Positions 48,953 to 60,800 of a DNA stretch of 64,000 nucleotides are shown in pieces (the first letter of the stretch is position 1; each line of letters opens with the position of its first letter). Position numbers and translations under genes: made by a program. The notes under the pieces were generated by a model. It saw only the letters and a list, made by a program, of their open reading frames with translations, was not told the origin of the DNA and ran no database searches. Source of the DNA: Lingula anatina (taxonomy: Eukaryota > Animalia > Brachiopoda); assembly GCA_051362555.1 (NCBI GenBank), contig CM120640.1:63342788-63406787 (forward strand). Direction: 5' to 3'.

Positions 48953-51900
48953 TATTAGGTTGATTAAATTCACATTTTATATTTTGAGTCATTTTCATGA
49001 TTATAAGTATGTATATGGTTTTTGAAATAAGTATAGTCAATTATTTAGAATAAAATGCTATTTTATGTTATTGTCAAGGAGATGTTGGAATAAACTAGGC
49101 AAGCACATTGAAAAATCTTATCTGTATAAGTTATTCTCAACTCTTAGTGCACAACTTTGTCTTAATTTCAGATTTATGCCAAATTGCGCGATAAGACTAC
49201 ACCTAATGGATTCGATCTTGACCGCTGCATCCAGACTGGTGTAGACAACCCAGGCCACCCCTTCATCAAGACTGTGGGCTTAGTGGCTGGGGATGAGGAG
49301 TGCTACGAAGTGTTTGCTGAACTGTTTGATAAGGTGATCGATGAGAGGCACAATGGCTACAAGCCATGGATGAAGCACCCAACTGATCTGGATTCTTCCA
49401 AGGTATAACTTCTTACATGTCATCAATTCATTTGAGTTAAAGAAAAAAGTAGCAGGCTAATTTCAAGAAAATGAATTATTAGAGCTGTTTTATCTTTGGA
49501 CTGAAATATTAATGTTGCTCCTGAAATGGTATGAATTTGTGAATCTGAAGAAATGTAATACACAGAAATAATTTTTCAAATTTCAACAGCCTTACTAACA
49601 TCTTTTATTTTACCAAGCTCAGTCATTTAAAAAACTTTAAAAATCTTTAAGCATGAATTTCAGTTGCTTTTTAAAAACTTTTTTATTATCCTTTCCAGGT
49701 AAAACTTCAGTATTGTTTGAGAAACATCATTTCTAGTATTCCAATTTTTCTTTTAATTTAGAAAGATATTACAGTATGTCCTCAGTAAACAACCACCTTC
49801 TTCTTTGTTGAACATACCAAAACTATTATCAAATTTTGTGTTATATCTGCCAGATAACAAAGTAGATATATCTTAATTGTTATCTTGAATATAAAATGAA
49901 TATGTATTTATGTTTGTTCTCCTAATCAGATCCGTGGTGGCCAGTTTGATGAGAAATATGTCTTATCTAGCCGTGTACGTACTGGTCGCTGCATTCGTGG
50001 CCTAAGCCTGCCTCCAGGTTGCAGCCGTGCTGAGCGTCGTGAGGTAGAGAAAGTGGTAGCAGATGCCCTGAATGACCTGAAAGGACCTCTGGCTGGAAAG
50101 TATTATCCACTTAGTAAGATGACAGATGAGGAACAAGAGCGTCTGATTAATGTAAGATTATTGCTCTTACACTCAGTTGGTTTTTTGTTACAGAGTAAAG
50201 TTGAGCATGGGTGTATTGGTATCCTTATTTTGATCATGGAAATTTAGTTATAAACAGATGCACGTAAAGGTCTGATGCATGTAAAGGATATTTTTGCACG
50301 CAGTAGTTTTAATTTGTGTTTGCATGTGAATTTACATGATGTAGGGTGCAGTATTTTTTATTTATTATTATTATTATTTCTTTTTTGCTACTCACCAATG
50401 TGGTCATGAACAGATAGTAAAAGTTTTAAAGAAATAGTAAATCGTTCTCTCTAAATGCACCTATTACAACACTTGCAAGTGCAGTAATGTACTGGCATCA
50501 GACATTTGGTGAGTGCCTATGCTCTGCACCCTGCAAATATTGGTTACTTTTGATATTTACTAATGGGACTTGATGGTATGGTTATTGATGGTATATAGCT
50601 TTTATCTATTTTTATTTCTAATGTAATAGAATGGTGCCGATATATGTGCTCACAAGTATTGTTTTCTTTTACAAGGCTGCTGGAACTATATGTTCCTCCT
50701 TTTGGTGAAAATTCCCTTGTATTGGTGGTTGGTGCATGCTAATGCTTCTTTTTTATGTGTAATGCAATATAGGACCACTTCCTCTTTGACAAACCTGTGT
50801 CTCCTTTGCTGTTAGCATCTGGCATGGGAAGGGACTGGCCAGATGCACGCGGAATTTGGTAAGGGTACCATCACTGACTGTTACAATAAGTATTTTAGTC
50901 CAACATTTAGGCTTGTTAACTGAAAACAAATTTGTAAGATATTTTTTTTTTAGTTTTTGATAATGTTGTGGCGGTATATTTTCTTATGTTTACATTACTT
51001 TTATATGCAGAGATTATAATATCTGGATATATTTTGTGTACCTGTATCTGTCTATTTTGTTGTCATTGCTGTCATAAGTGTTAAACCATTTAAAAAAATT
51101 TAATTAATTGAAATGTGAAATAAAGAGTTGAAGCTGTGCACATGGTTTAGATTGAGAACTTGTGTAAAATAGCAGGTTAGTGCAAAAAAGCAGTCATATT
51201 TTGAAAGGCAGATATACATAATGTCAGTCACTATAAACATTTCAAAGGTAGAAAATATTTTTCATTGTTTACTGGAATGTGCCTGTTAAAACTACAATGG
51301 AGCAGTGGGAATGTTTTTTATGTTTGATATTAAGTGTCTGTGTCATCTTTGCTTTGTAGTTTTATTGGTTTGCACATTTGTTGTCACTCAATCACCCTAT
51401 ATATAGAGGTTCTCCACTTAACTACCTATGATATGATTGTTAAGTAAACATGTGAAGTGCTCCATTTTGCTGAAATAAAAAGGGTGATGTTTGTTTGCTT
51501 TTGCAGTTCATATCAGTAAGTCAATTTTTAAATGGTACGTTTTTGGCATACAATCATTATGTTGCTGTTTGGTACATCTCTGTTTTATTCTTATTCAGGC
51601 TGCATGTATACATTATTTTGTGTCTTTAACTGTAATTTGAAATGAAGTGATATGTATGTGAATCTTGACTGACTGAATGAATGAGAATAGTCCACAAATT
51701 AATGTTACAATCCTTTACACGGAACTGAACAGTATCTTTCTTTATTTTTATATGTAGAATTTTTAAGTGTCTGTATATATTTTGAGTACCTGTGACTGCT
51801 TGTGTCATTGCCATCACTCTTTAGTTTCTTTTTCTCTCTTTTCAGGCATAATGATGCAAAGAACTTTCTGGTTTGGATCAATGAGGAGGATCACACCCGT

Positions 51901-54247
51901 GTCATCTCCATGCAGAAAGGTGGAAACATTAAAGAGGTCTTTGATCGATTCTGCACAGGACTTAAAGAGGTATACCTGTATATATATATGTATTTGGGGG
52001 CATTGTAAATGTAAAAAAGTATCATTTATGTTATTTTAATTTAACACATTTTCTGTAAATGCCCAACATGCGGATGATTTTTTATTTCAAGCAGTTTTGA
52101 AAAAGTTATCTTTACATTCACCAGTGATCCTTGGTCTGAATATTTGGATCATATCTTTGGGAATCAGTGGGGGAATGTTTACTTTATTTCAGGTTGAGAG
52201 GCTTATTCAGGCTAAAGGCTGGGAATTTATGTGGAATGAACATTTGGGCTACATTTTGACCTGTCCTAGCAACCTTGGTACTGGATTGCGTGCTGGTGTG
52301 CATGTGAAACTGCCACTGCTCTCTAAGGTTAGTAGATACTGAAGTATTTTAGATAATGCAAAGATGAAATGTTTAATTTTGTAATTTTCATTTGTTCAGC
52401 ATATTGATTTTTATTTAACTACATCTGAGGTTAAGAATTATTAAAAAAAATTTGTGTTTATTTTGAGGTATAATGTGTTGTTCATTCATTAAGATACATT
52501 TGTTTGCTTAGTCTTATTCATGAAATGAATAATAAATGAAATTAGTAATTTCTCATATGTCTTTGTTACACTTTCTTTTTTATAAGATATATTTTTTGCA
52601 GGTAAGACCTTGGAACATGTTTGGAATATTAAGTCAAAGCGTGTAGCCAGTTTTTCAGATTGATTGTTTTCTTTCTTTTTCCCTTAAATAATTTAACTTT
52701 GGCAGGATCCCAGATTTGAAGATATTTTAACAAGGATGAAACTTCAGAAACGTGGCACAGGGGGTGTTGACACTGCTGCTGTTGGGGGCACTTTTGATAT
52801 TTCAAATGCTGATCGTTTAGGCAAATCTGAGGTATTTCATGTCACAAGGGTGACTTTTCAAGGCAACAAATTAACAGAGCTGTTTGACGTGATTTGCAAA
52901 TCTGCTTTTGAACACCTAATTGCTTTTTTTAGGAACCAAAGTTTGAGGAAATTTTGCAAGCACTTAAGCTTCAAAAGCGTGGCACAGGGGGTGTTGACAC
53001 AGCAGCTGTTGGTGGTACTTTCGATATATCAAATTCAGATCGTTTAGGAAAGAGTGAGGTATATAAGTGTGGAACATCTATTATATTTGCCCTGATGTCC
53101 TGTTCGATCTGCTGCATGGGGTTTGTCAACACATCATCATGCTGTACCTCTATTCTCTTGTCATTTTTTCTGTCTAGAACCTAGAAATGGTATGGACACT
53201 TCATAGCTTATGTGTCAACCTAATCATAGATTTGCTTATTCATTTATTAGTTTTTAGGTGGCTAGGTTTAGCACTTGGTGTGGATGATTAATCCTTTCCC
53301 CCCTCAATTTATTTCTTTCCCTACATTTGTATAGTTTCAGTAGTTTAAGGAGGTATGTTCTTCTCACAATTGTCTGATGCTTACAAAACTGACTAACAAG
53401 TATGTTATTATCATTAAAATATTTTTTCAAAACGTCCGTGAAGATCATACCTCCTTTAGCTGCATTTTCCTTCTCTATGTCAGTTTTCAGCTTGCCTGGA
53501 ATGGATTTGTAGGCAGTCTTTACAATCTTGCAAATTTTTGGTGTGCTGTTGCTAAAAGACCTCTGCTATTTGAATGATTTCTAGCTTGCCCAATTTCTCT
53601 TCTACACATTCTCAATACTTCCTTTCTTGCTTCTTTTCTTGCTGCTCTCTTCTTCCTTTAGGACCCTCGCTTTGATAAAATGCTTGACACAATGAAATTG
53701 CAAAAACGTGGCACAGGTGGTGTTGACACAGCCTCAACTGGAGGCATCTTTGATATCTCTAATGCTGACCGTTTGGGTAAATCTGAGGTAATTCACATGA
53801 TTTTGTAAATGCAGTGTTCATACCACTAACTTGAATTGAAACCCATTAATCAATTGATAATTCCTAATTTTCTCTTATTGAAGAAAATTATATTATAGAA
53901 TGTATGCAATTTTTTAAGTGTGCATTTGGTTAATTTTATAAATGTATTAGCAACAGGATAATTGAAACGAAGAAGAGAACAAAAAATACAAAATTAGCTC
54001 AAGTTGACGCATGAGATTTTCAGGTACATGATATAATTTTAAAATAAAGCATACATAAAATGATGAGCTAAATTCAGAACATTTAATAGAAATGGCAGAC
54101 AATGCAATTAAGTTCTGAATTTTTGTACCCATTTTTCAGGTTGAACTTGTGCAACTGCTGATTGATGGAGTTAACTTGCTCATAACAATGGAGAAAGCTT
54201 TGGAGAAACGCCAGAGCATTGAGAAATATATCCCCAAGGCGAAGTAA
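48612..54247 (+). CDS. CKMT: Mitochondrial creatine kinase (phosphagen kinase), ~414 aa per isoform
   Basis: Exons 48612-48824 (targeting peptide, [10 protein letters not shown]), 49172-49402 ([18 protein letters not shown], the CK-type GS loop; ERHNGY), 49930-50151 (SSRVRTGR), 50773-50858, 51846-51969 (WINEEDH), 52193-52327 (GWEFMWN; CPSNLGT), one of three 126-nt exons, then 54140-54247. Confidence 0.93.
48920..48950. repeat. (CA)n microsatellite
   Basis: Read directly from sequence. Confidence 0.95.
52706..52831 (+). CDS. Creatine kinase alternative exon 7A
   Basis: cag|GAT...GAG|gtattt; 126 nt; [42 protein letters not shown]. Confidence 0.9.
52933..53058 (+). CDS. Creatine kinase alternative exon 7B
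   Basis: tag|GAA...GAG|gtatat; 126 nt; [42 protein letters not shown]. Confidence 0.9.
53662..53787 (+). CDS. Creatine kinase alternative exon 7C
   Basis: tag|GAC...GAG|gtaatt; 126 nt; [42 protein letters not shown]. It does not appear in the supplied ORF track. Confidence 0.9.
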
Positions 54248-57200
54248 GCAGCTTAGGCATATACTTGGAGGAATACACACCACAGCAAAAGACTTACAGC
54301 ATATTAATGAACTTTGTATTGAAGAAGAAAAAAAAATGGAGATCTGCCTTATTATTCCCTCCAAGTTTTTTCACATTAAGGACATTGTGTCTCACTCAAG
54401 GTTCTGTTTGCATATAATGAATTCAATTCTGTTGGATACAAAAACCATTGTGCTCACTACAGTTCTTTCATTTTTACCATATCCAAATGAAATGGGTTTA
54501 CAATTAACAGCTGCTTGCCAATGGATTTCACTGTGATGCGCTACTTTAGATTTTTAGAAATCATTGTTGTGATGAAGTGGATTTTTACACCAGCTCTCTA
54601 TTATAGTAATATATTGTAGTGTTAATGTATTTTGGCCCTTTTATTCACTGAAATTATATAATTCATATAGTCTGAAGCTTCATAAAAGTGTGATGTTAAT
54701 GTTACTTTTGTTATCCAGATTCTGCCTTATAAGTTACCTACAATAAATTTAAAACATTATTCTTGTTATCTGATTAATATTTCACTTAGATTTTATTTTT
54801 GAGGTGAACATTTCGTTAAATGATAAAGACGTGAATATTTTACATTTGGATTGCTGACATGCAAATACCAAATACATGTTGCTGAAATGAACTTGGGTAT
54901 TTGGCATGTGCTCAAATATATTGGTGTCCTCTCAGCCTTGTTGGGTACAAGTAAATAACTTTAAACATGTCAGTGTGCTGAATTCAAAAAGAGAGTAGAT
55001 CTTTCCTAGAAATTCTCATTTATCATTGATATATATTGCAACTGAATTTGATTGCTTCTGCTTGTTCGCCTATCCCCCAAAGATTATTTTTATCAAAACG
55101 AACAATCTCAGAGTAATCCAATTTGTTTGATCTTTTTTTTTTTTTAAAGTGACCTGAAGCTGATCAGTTCTAATTTGTACTTTTACTTGTTGGTTTTGTT
55201 TTGATCACATCAGTTTGGGTTTTTATCATTTGCTCCCTGTGGTTTAACTTTAAGTTTTTTTTTTAAAGTTATAATTATCACTCATATGCAGTTAATTAAG
55301 AACCAAAACACATGACATGTTCCAGGAAAAAGTTTTTTATTTTCAGCCTGTGCAAAAGCTGGTACTTAGCTTCTCAAATTTGACATTTTCTTGACAGAAT
55401 TTAAACACACTGAGAGGAAAGTTTGGAATGCTAGCCACTGTGATGTGATAAATGTGCATAATGCTGCAGAAATTTTAATTTTGCAATATGTTGAAGTATG
55501 ACTGGCACAAAACATTTTATGCAATGATAAAGGGAATGTTAGTGTAGTTATTTGTAGAAATGTTTTTCCCTCTGATAATTTACTTTTATTAGTTCAACAA
55601 TTTTTCATTTTTTTTCTTTTGGTTAATTTAGTGCATCAAAAGAGCTAACATTCCAAATGAAATATTGCAAGTAGTATAGATACAAAGACGGATATAAATA
55701 GCATCCCTTAACTGTAGCAGATATCATAGTATTACTTCATACCAACTATATGGCATAAAAACAATGAAAAAATGACACTTGCAAAATATTCTGTTATTAA
55801 GCAGAAATGCAGTTTATGGATAAAGGCAATGCAACATGGCAAAAATGTACAAAACGTGCTTAACATCTACTGATATTATATTTGTAACTGAATCAGCTTT
55901 AGTGTAATACATGGAGCTCTATCTATTACAACTAGCTATTCAACAATTTAATGTCTTTCTTGTACGACATACAAGCATTGCACAATAATAGTACTTCAGT
56001 AACTTCAAACAGAGGTACATTTTTTTTCAAAAAACAGCTACAATCACTATCCAGCTTACAAATTCTTTCTCCTGCAGATTGTCTGACTAAACCTTTACCT
56101 GCAAATCTTAAAATACTTCAGGCATTCAGGTTGTACATCTCAATACTACTATGCATCAGCTACATTTTAAATGACCTATTTAAATAAAAAAAATAAAAAG
56201 GGAATAACTTTCTTAAAATGAACAGCACTTAACATTCTTTTGACTGTATTATTTATCTGCTGCATTAACATAATTTCTAATCAATCTTAATTCATAATTT
56301 GAATAATGTATTTTTTTCATACATCATACCAATACTTGCTTTTATCCTAATGTTTATTTATAATTACTGTAAAAATTGGAATATCTCTAAATTTAAACTG
56401 GTCTTAGAATAAGATTCCCCTATGCATCCAGTTTCCTGTAAAATGTTCCTTGGAGGCCATCTGCTGAGCTTTGATAATATCTTATCTACATTTATCTTGG
56501 CTTATACCACGCTATATATTCAACACTGGTATTCAATATGGCTTTCAGTAAACAGAGAAGTTTTTCTTTTAACTGGAAATGGAATTTGTACTCTGAAAAG
56601 TGATACATTGAGCAACTGGATAAATTATGGTAAGCTTTGTGAACAAAATGTGGTCACAAAAAGCAGCAGTCAAACAAAAATGTAAATGTAAACTATTGCA
56701 AAGACACATGTTCAAAAGAAGGGAGAAAATATCAATTATTATGTGTACAAGTGATAAATGCCAGTGCCATCCATCTTAATACTCAACTCTACCTTATGTT
56801 ATTACATTACAAATCTCAACATGTGCATATTCATATGTATATCACTTATCTGCCAATGTGATTTTGTGACTCTTTCAAAAGGTTAAAGGCAAAACCCAGT
56901 CCTTTTCGAATCAATGATCAGTTTATATTGAACAAATGTCTGATGGGTAAGCACAATGCTTTTCCCATAAGCGAGACTGGTTGAAACTATGGGTACATGC
57001 TTAATACAGTTACTGAGCAAATGAGCAAAAATGCTGATTTATATACTAGGCACTTGAAGCAACATGAATTTGGTCATACTCCTCCTACAATTAATTTGCA
57101 ATAAAACTCCAATACTACATTACAATCTACCATTACTGTATCTTTATGCCCTCTCTCACTTCTCAAGCTTCCATAATCAAACTTTTATGCAAACTAACAA

Positions 57201-57872
57201 TGAGAGCACTTGTAAGCTTGAACATTGCAATTTGCAAACAAATTCAGAACAATTTCAAATAGATGTACATTTCGTAATATTTTTATACAATGAATATGTC
57301 ACTATAACACTGACAAAACTACAGTAAGCTGCTACAAATCAATATCATATTTCATTGTGACATTTGTGTATAATTGATATGACATTAACAACTCCTAGTA
57401 CATAAGTCACAAACAATTGCAATGCATCATCTCAGTTAATTCAAATCACACAAGTTAATTTAGTAGCTGTTGCATTTCTAAGTCTTGATCCATGAGTGGC
57501 AGTTCCTATTTTTTCCTTTCAATATTCAAATAGAGAGGGGTAACTCTATGCCCATTATTGTGTCAAGGGCCTTTCATAAGAAATTATCACATGTAATGAA
57601 ACAAAAAACTAATCAATCGGAAAAGTGCCTGGATGGGGCACTATCAATTTTTCATTGTATATCCTTTCAAACTTGTAAAAATGTTCCAAATGCACACTAA
57701 GTTCTGTAGATAGCCAAAGAGCAATCACTGAATACCTTGAACTGCAGAAAGCATCAATTTCTGCTGACAGCCACACATCCTTAACGGATGATACATGTAT
57801 ACTAAAGCATTAAAGAGAAACCCCAAGGTACTCCATCCAAATTTTAGATGTTTAGCTTGGTAAAAAGAACAC

Positions 57873-60800
57873 TTAGAATTCAAGTCTATAAGCAGCACAG
57901 CTAGTTTCATGATCCTGCAACTGGATGGTGCATCTGCTTGCAGAGGGTGCAACATCAATCTTCAGCTGCCCTAGCTGATCACGGTGCATGCCCATCCAAT
58001 GGCGCAGTGTATCTGTGTCGTATGTTGGTATTATGGTCACTGGTATGTCCTTCTCTTCCCATGTCATCTTAGCCTCAAGAAGTGCATTCAAGGTGTTAGG
58101 ACATGGATGCAAGCCACTGAAGACATAGTATCGAGCTCTCACACGACGGAAGAAATCAACATCACAGTAATGGGGACTGCCATGGTATGGAACATAGGTC
58201 AGATCCAAATAGAATGGTGTGACTGGGCCAAGAGGTGGGGTTGATCTTGACTTTGAAGACACTCTGTCAGAATGTTTAGTGGTAGATTTGGTGATGGTTT
58301 TTCTGACTTCTGTCTTTGTAGCTGTAACTGGAGTTGAAGACATGGGTCTTCTTCTTGCCTCTGTGACCTTATTGTCTGCTGACTTTTCTCTCTTTCCATT
58401 AGTAGCATTGGAAGTAGGTGTTCCAGTTCTGGGAGTAGTTTTTGTGGTGGTCTTTGGTTTCTTGAGATTAGGATTTGTGTCCTTTGGAGAATCAGCTGCT
58501 GGTTTCTTGGCTCTGGTGTGTGTAGTTTTAGAAGTGGAAGCTGGCCTTGGTTTCTTTGCCTTGTCACCTTGACCACTCTCATCAGCAGGTGGGGGTGGAG
58601 GTGCAGGAAGTCCCATAGGCTTACCCCATTCTTCCAAAGGATCAAATTCTTCATCTGTGGTTTTCTCAGAAGCATGGCTATGTGCTGTTGACCTTTCATC
58701 ATCCATGTGGTCTGAGAGAAGATCTGGTTTTGAGCTGCTGGCCACTTCAGATTGTAAAATACTCTTCTGTTTGGATGTCTCCTCACCCATGGATTGTTCT
58801 ACCATAGCCCTTAAGTCATCACTTAAAAGAGGCCCAGAGAGGAATGCTTTATCAACAGGCAACTCTTCACCAGGAGTAGAAATTTCCTCCACGGGTGGGG
58901 CAGTAGCTGTTGTGTCCTCATCTTCTTCCTCTTCTGAATCTAATTCTGCTTTTGTTAACTTTTCACTGCCAATATAAGGGGTAACTTCTTTTTCAGAAGG
59001 TATTTCTTTCTGTATATCATTTTCATCCACAGCAGTCTCTTCCAAAAGCCTTGATTCCACATTTAATTGAGGAAGATTTTCTGCTCCATTTACATCTGCT
59101 GGCTCTTGGCATTTTTCTATATCAGGATCCATGCCTTCTAGGGGAGATGTAGGGGTTTCTGTATCAGCAATTCCTTCATCTTCTTCAGATTCTTTACCTT
59201 TTATTTCTAACTGGTCATCCTTGTCCTTTCCAATACCATCTTGTTGATGCATTTCCCCATCAATGACTGCAGAAAAAGATTTGGCAGCCAGTTCTTTTTC
59301 TATATCATTTTTGGGGATTTGGATCTCATCAAAAACTCTTTCTTTCTCCAATGGTTCTTTCTTCTCCACTTCCTTCATGGCATCATCTTCAGGAACAGTG
59401 TCCTGTTCATCCATTGCACTTTCCACCATAGCCCTTAAATCATCAGAAGCTTCAACTTCTGGTAGCAATGTTTCATCTGTCTCTGTATGCTGTGATTTAA
59501 TGTCTTCAGTAACTACCTCCTTTTCTTCCTCTTCATCAAACTGGTCCTTTTTCTCTTTTTTGGATATTTCACATGTATCTACAAGGTGAGCATTAGGTTC
59601 AGGTGCAGAATGAATCTGCTTTCCTCCAACTTGTGCTGCATTTTCCTCAGTTTCTAAATCTATGGGCGTTTTATCTGTTGGCTCCTCTATCATGGAACCC
59701 TCCAATTTTTCTTCATATCTTGATAACTTTGACTCTTCCATAAGCACACATTCATCTTGTTTACTTGTCAAAGGTACTTTTATGTCTTCTGAATTTTCAT
59801 CTTTTTCACCTTCACTTTGTGTGTTTACTGGCAATGTTTCAGTTTCTTCTACATTCTCATATTTTGGTTCTACATCTTTTTCTTCCTCTGTAGTTTCTCT
59901 ATAGACATCTTTATCTACAGCACATTCTACTTTTTCCTGTGATTCTGTTTCTTTCTTAGCCTGTTCTTCTCTTGCTGGTTTCTCCAATGCTTGAATTTCT
60001 CTTTCCTCTTCTTCTATTTCTTCTACCATCTCAGTTTCTGGTTCTGCCTCTTTTTCTTGGAACAGGTCACCTTCATCTTTTTTGTCTTCTTCTTCGGTTT
60101 CTCTATAGACATTTTTATCAGTTAAATCTTCTTCTTGCTCTTCTGTACCTTTCTTTTCATGTTCTTTAGCTGGTGTCTTTTCCAATTCTTGGATTTTTCT
60201 TTCTTCTTCTACTTCTATTTTATCAGTTTCTGGTACTACATCTTTTTCCTTACACAGATCATTCTCATCTTTTTCTTCATCTTCTGCAGTTTCCTCATAC
60301 ACATCTTTATCAGCCATAATTTCTTTTTGTTCCTTCGGTTCTGTATTTTTCTCTTCATGCTCTTCTACAGCAGGTTTTACCAATTCTTGGACATCTCTTT
60401 CTTCTAGTTCTGAGCCAATTCCATCAGATAAAGCTGCAGCCACAGGTGCTGCTTTTATTGCAATTTCTGCATCTTTGGCTATTGCCTTCTCAAAATCAGT
60501 ATCTTCTTTTTCCTCAGGTTCTTCTGCACAAACGGTGCCTCTCTCTGTGGACATGTATTCTTCCCTCTGGGTTTCTTTTTCAACATTTTCCTCTACTTTT
60601 GTCTCAGGTCCCTGTTCTTGAATCATGGATGTTTGATCTGCTGTCTCTTCTCCACTGAACTCATCTGTTTCCTTTTCAGTAGAAGTAGCTGAAATAGTTG
60701 CCAGGATATTTGTAGGCGCAGTCTCAGTCCCTTCAACACTTTCATCTTGGTCTTCATCTTTTTTTTCTGACTCAACTGCATCTTGCAGTATGTTTTCTTC

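Noticed and set aside
52706-53787. Assembly artefact or pseudo-exons as the explanation for the triplicated kinase exon
   Set aside because: The copies differ at many synonymous sites, have unrelated flanking introns, and all keep exact length, frame and splice sites.
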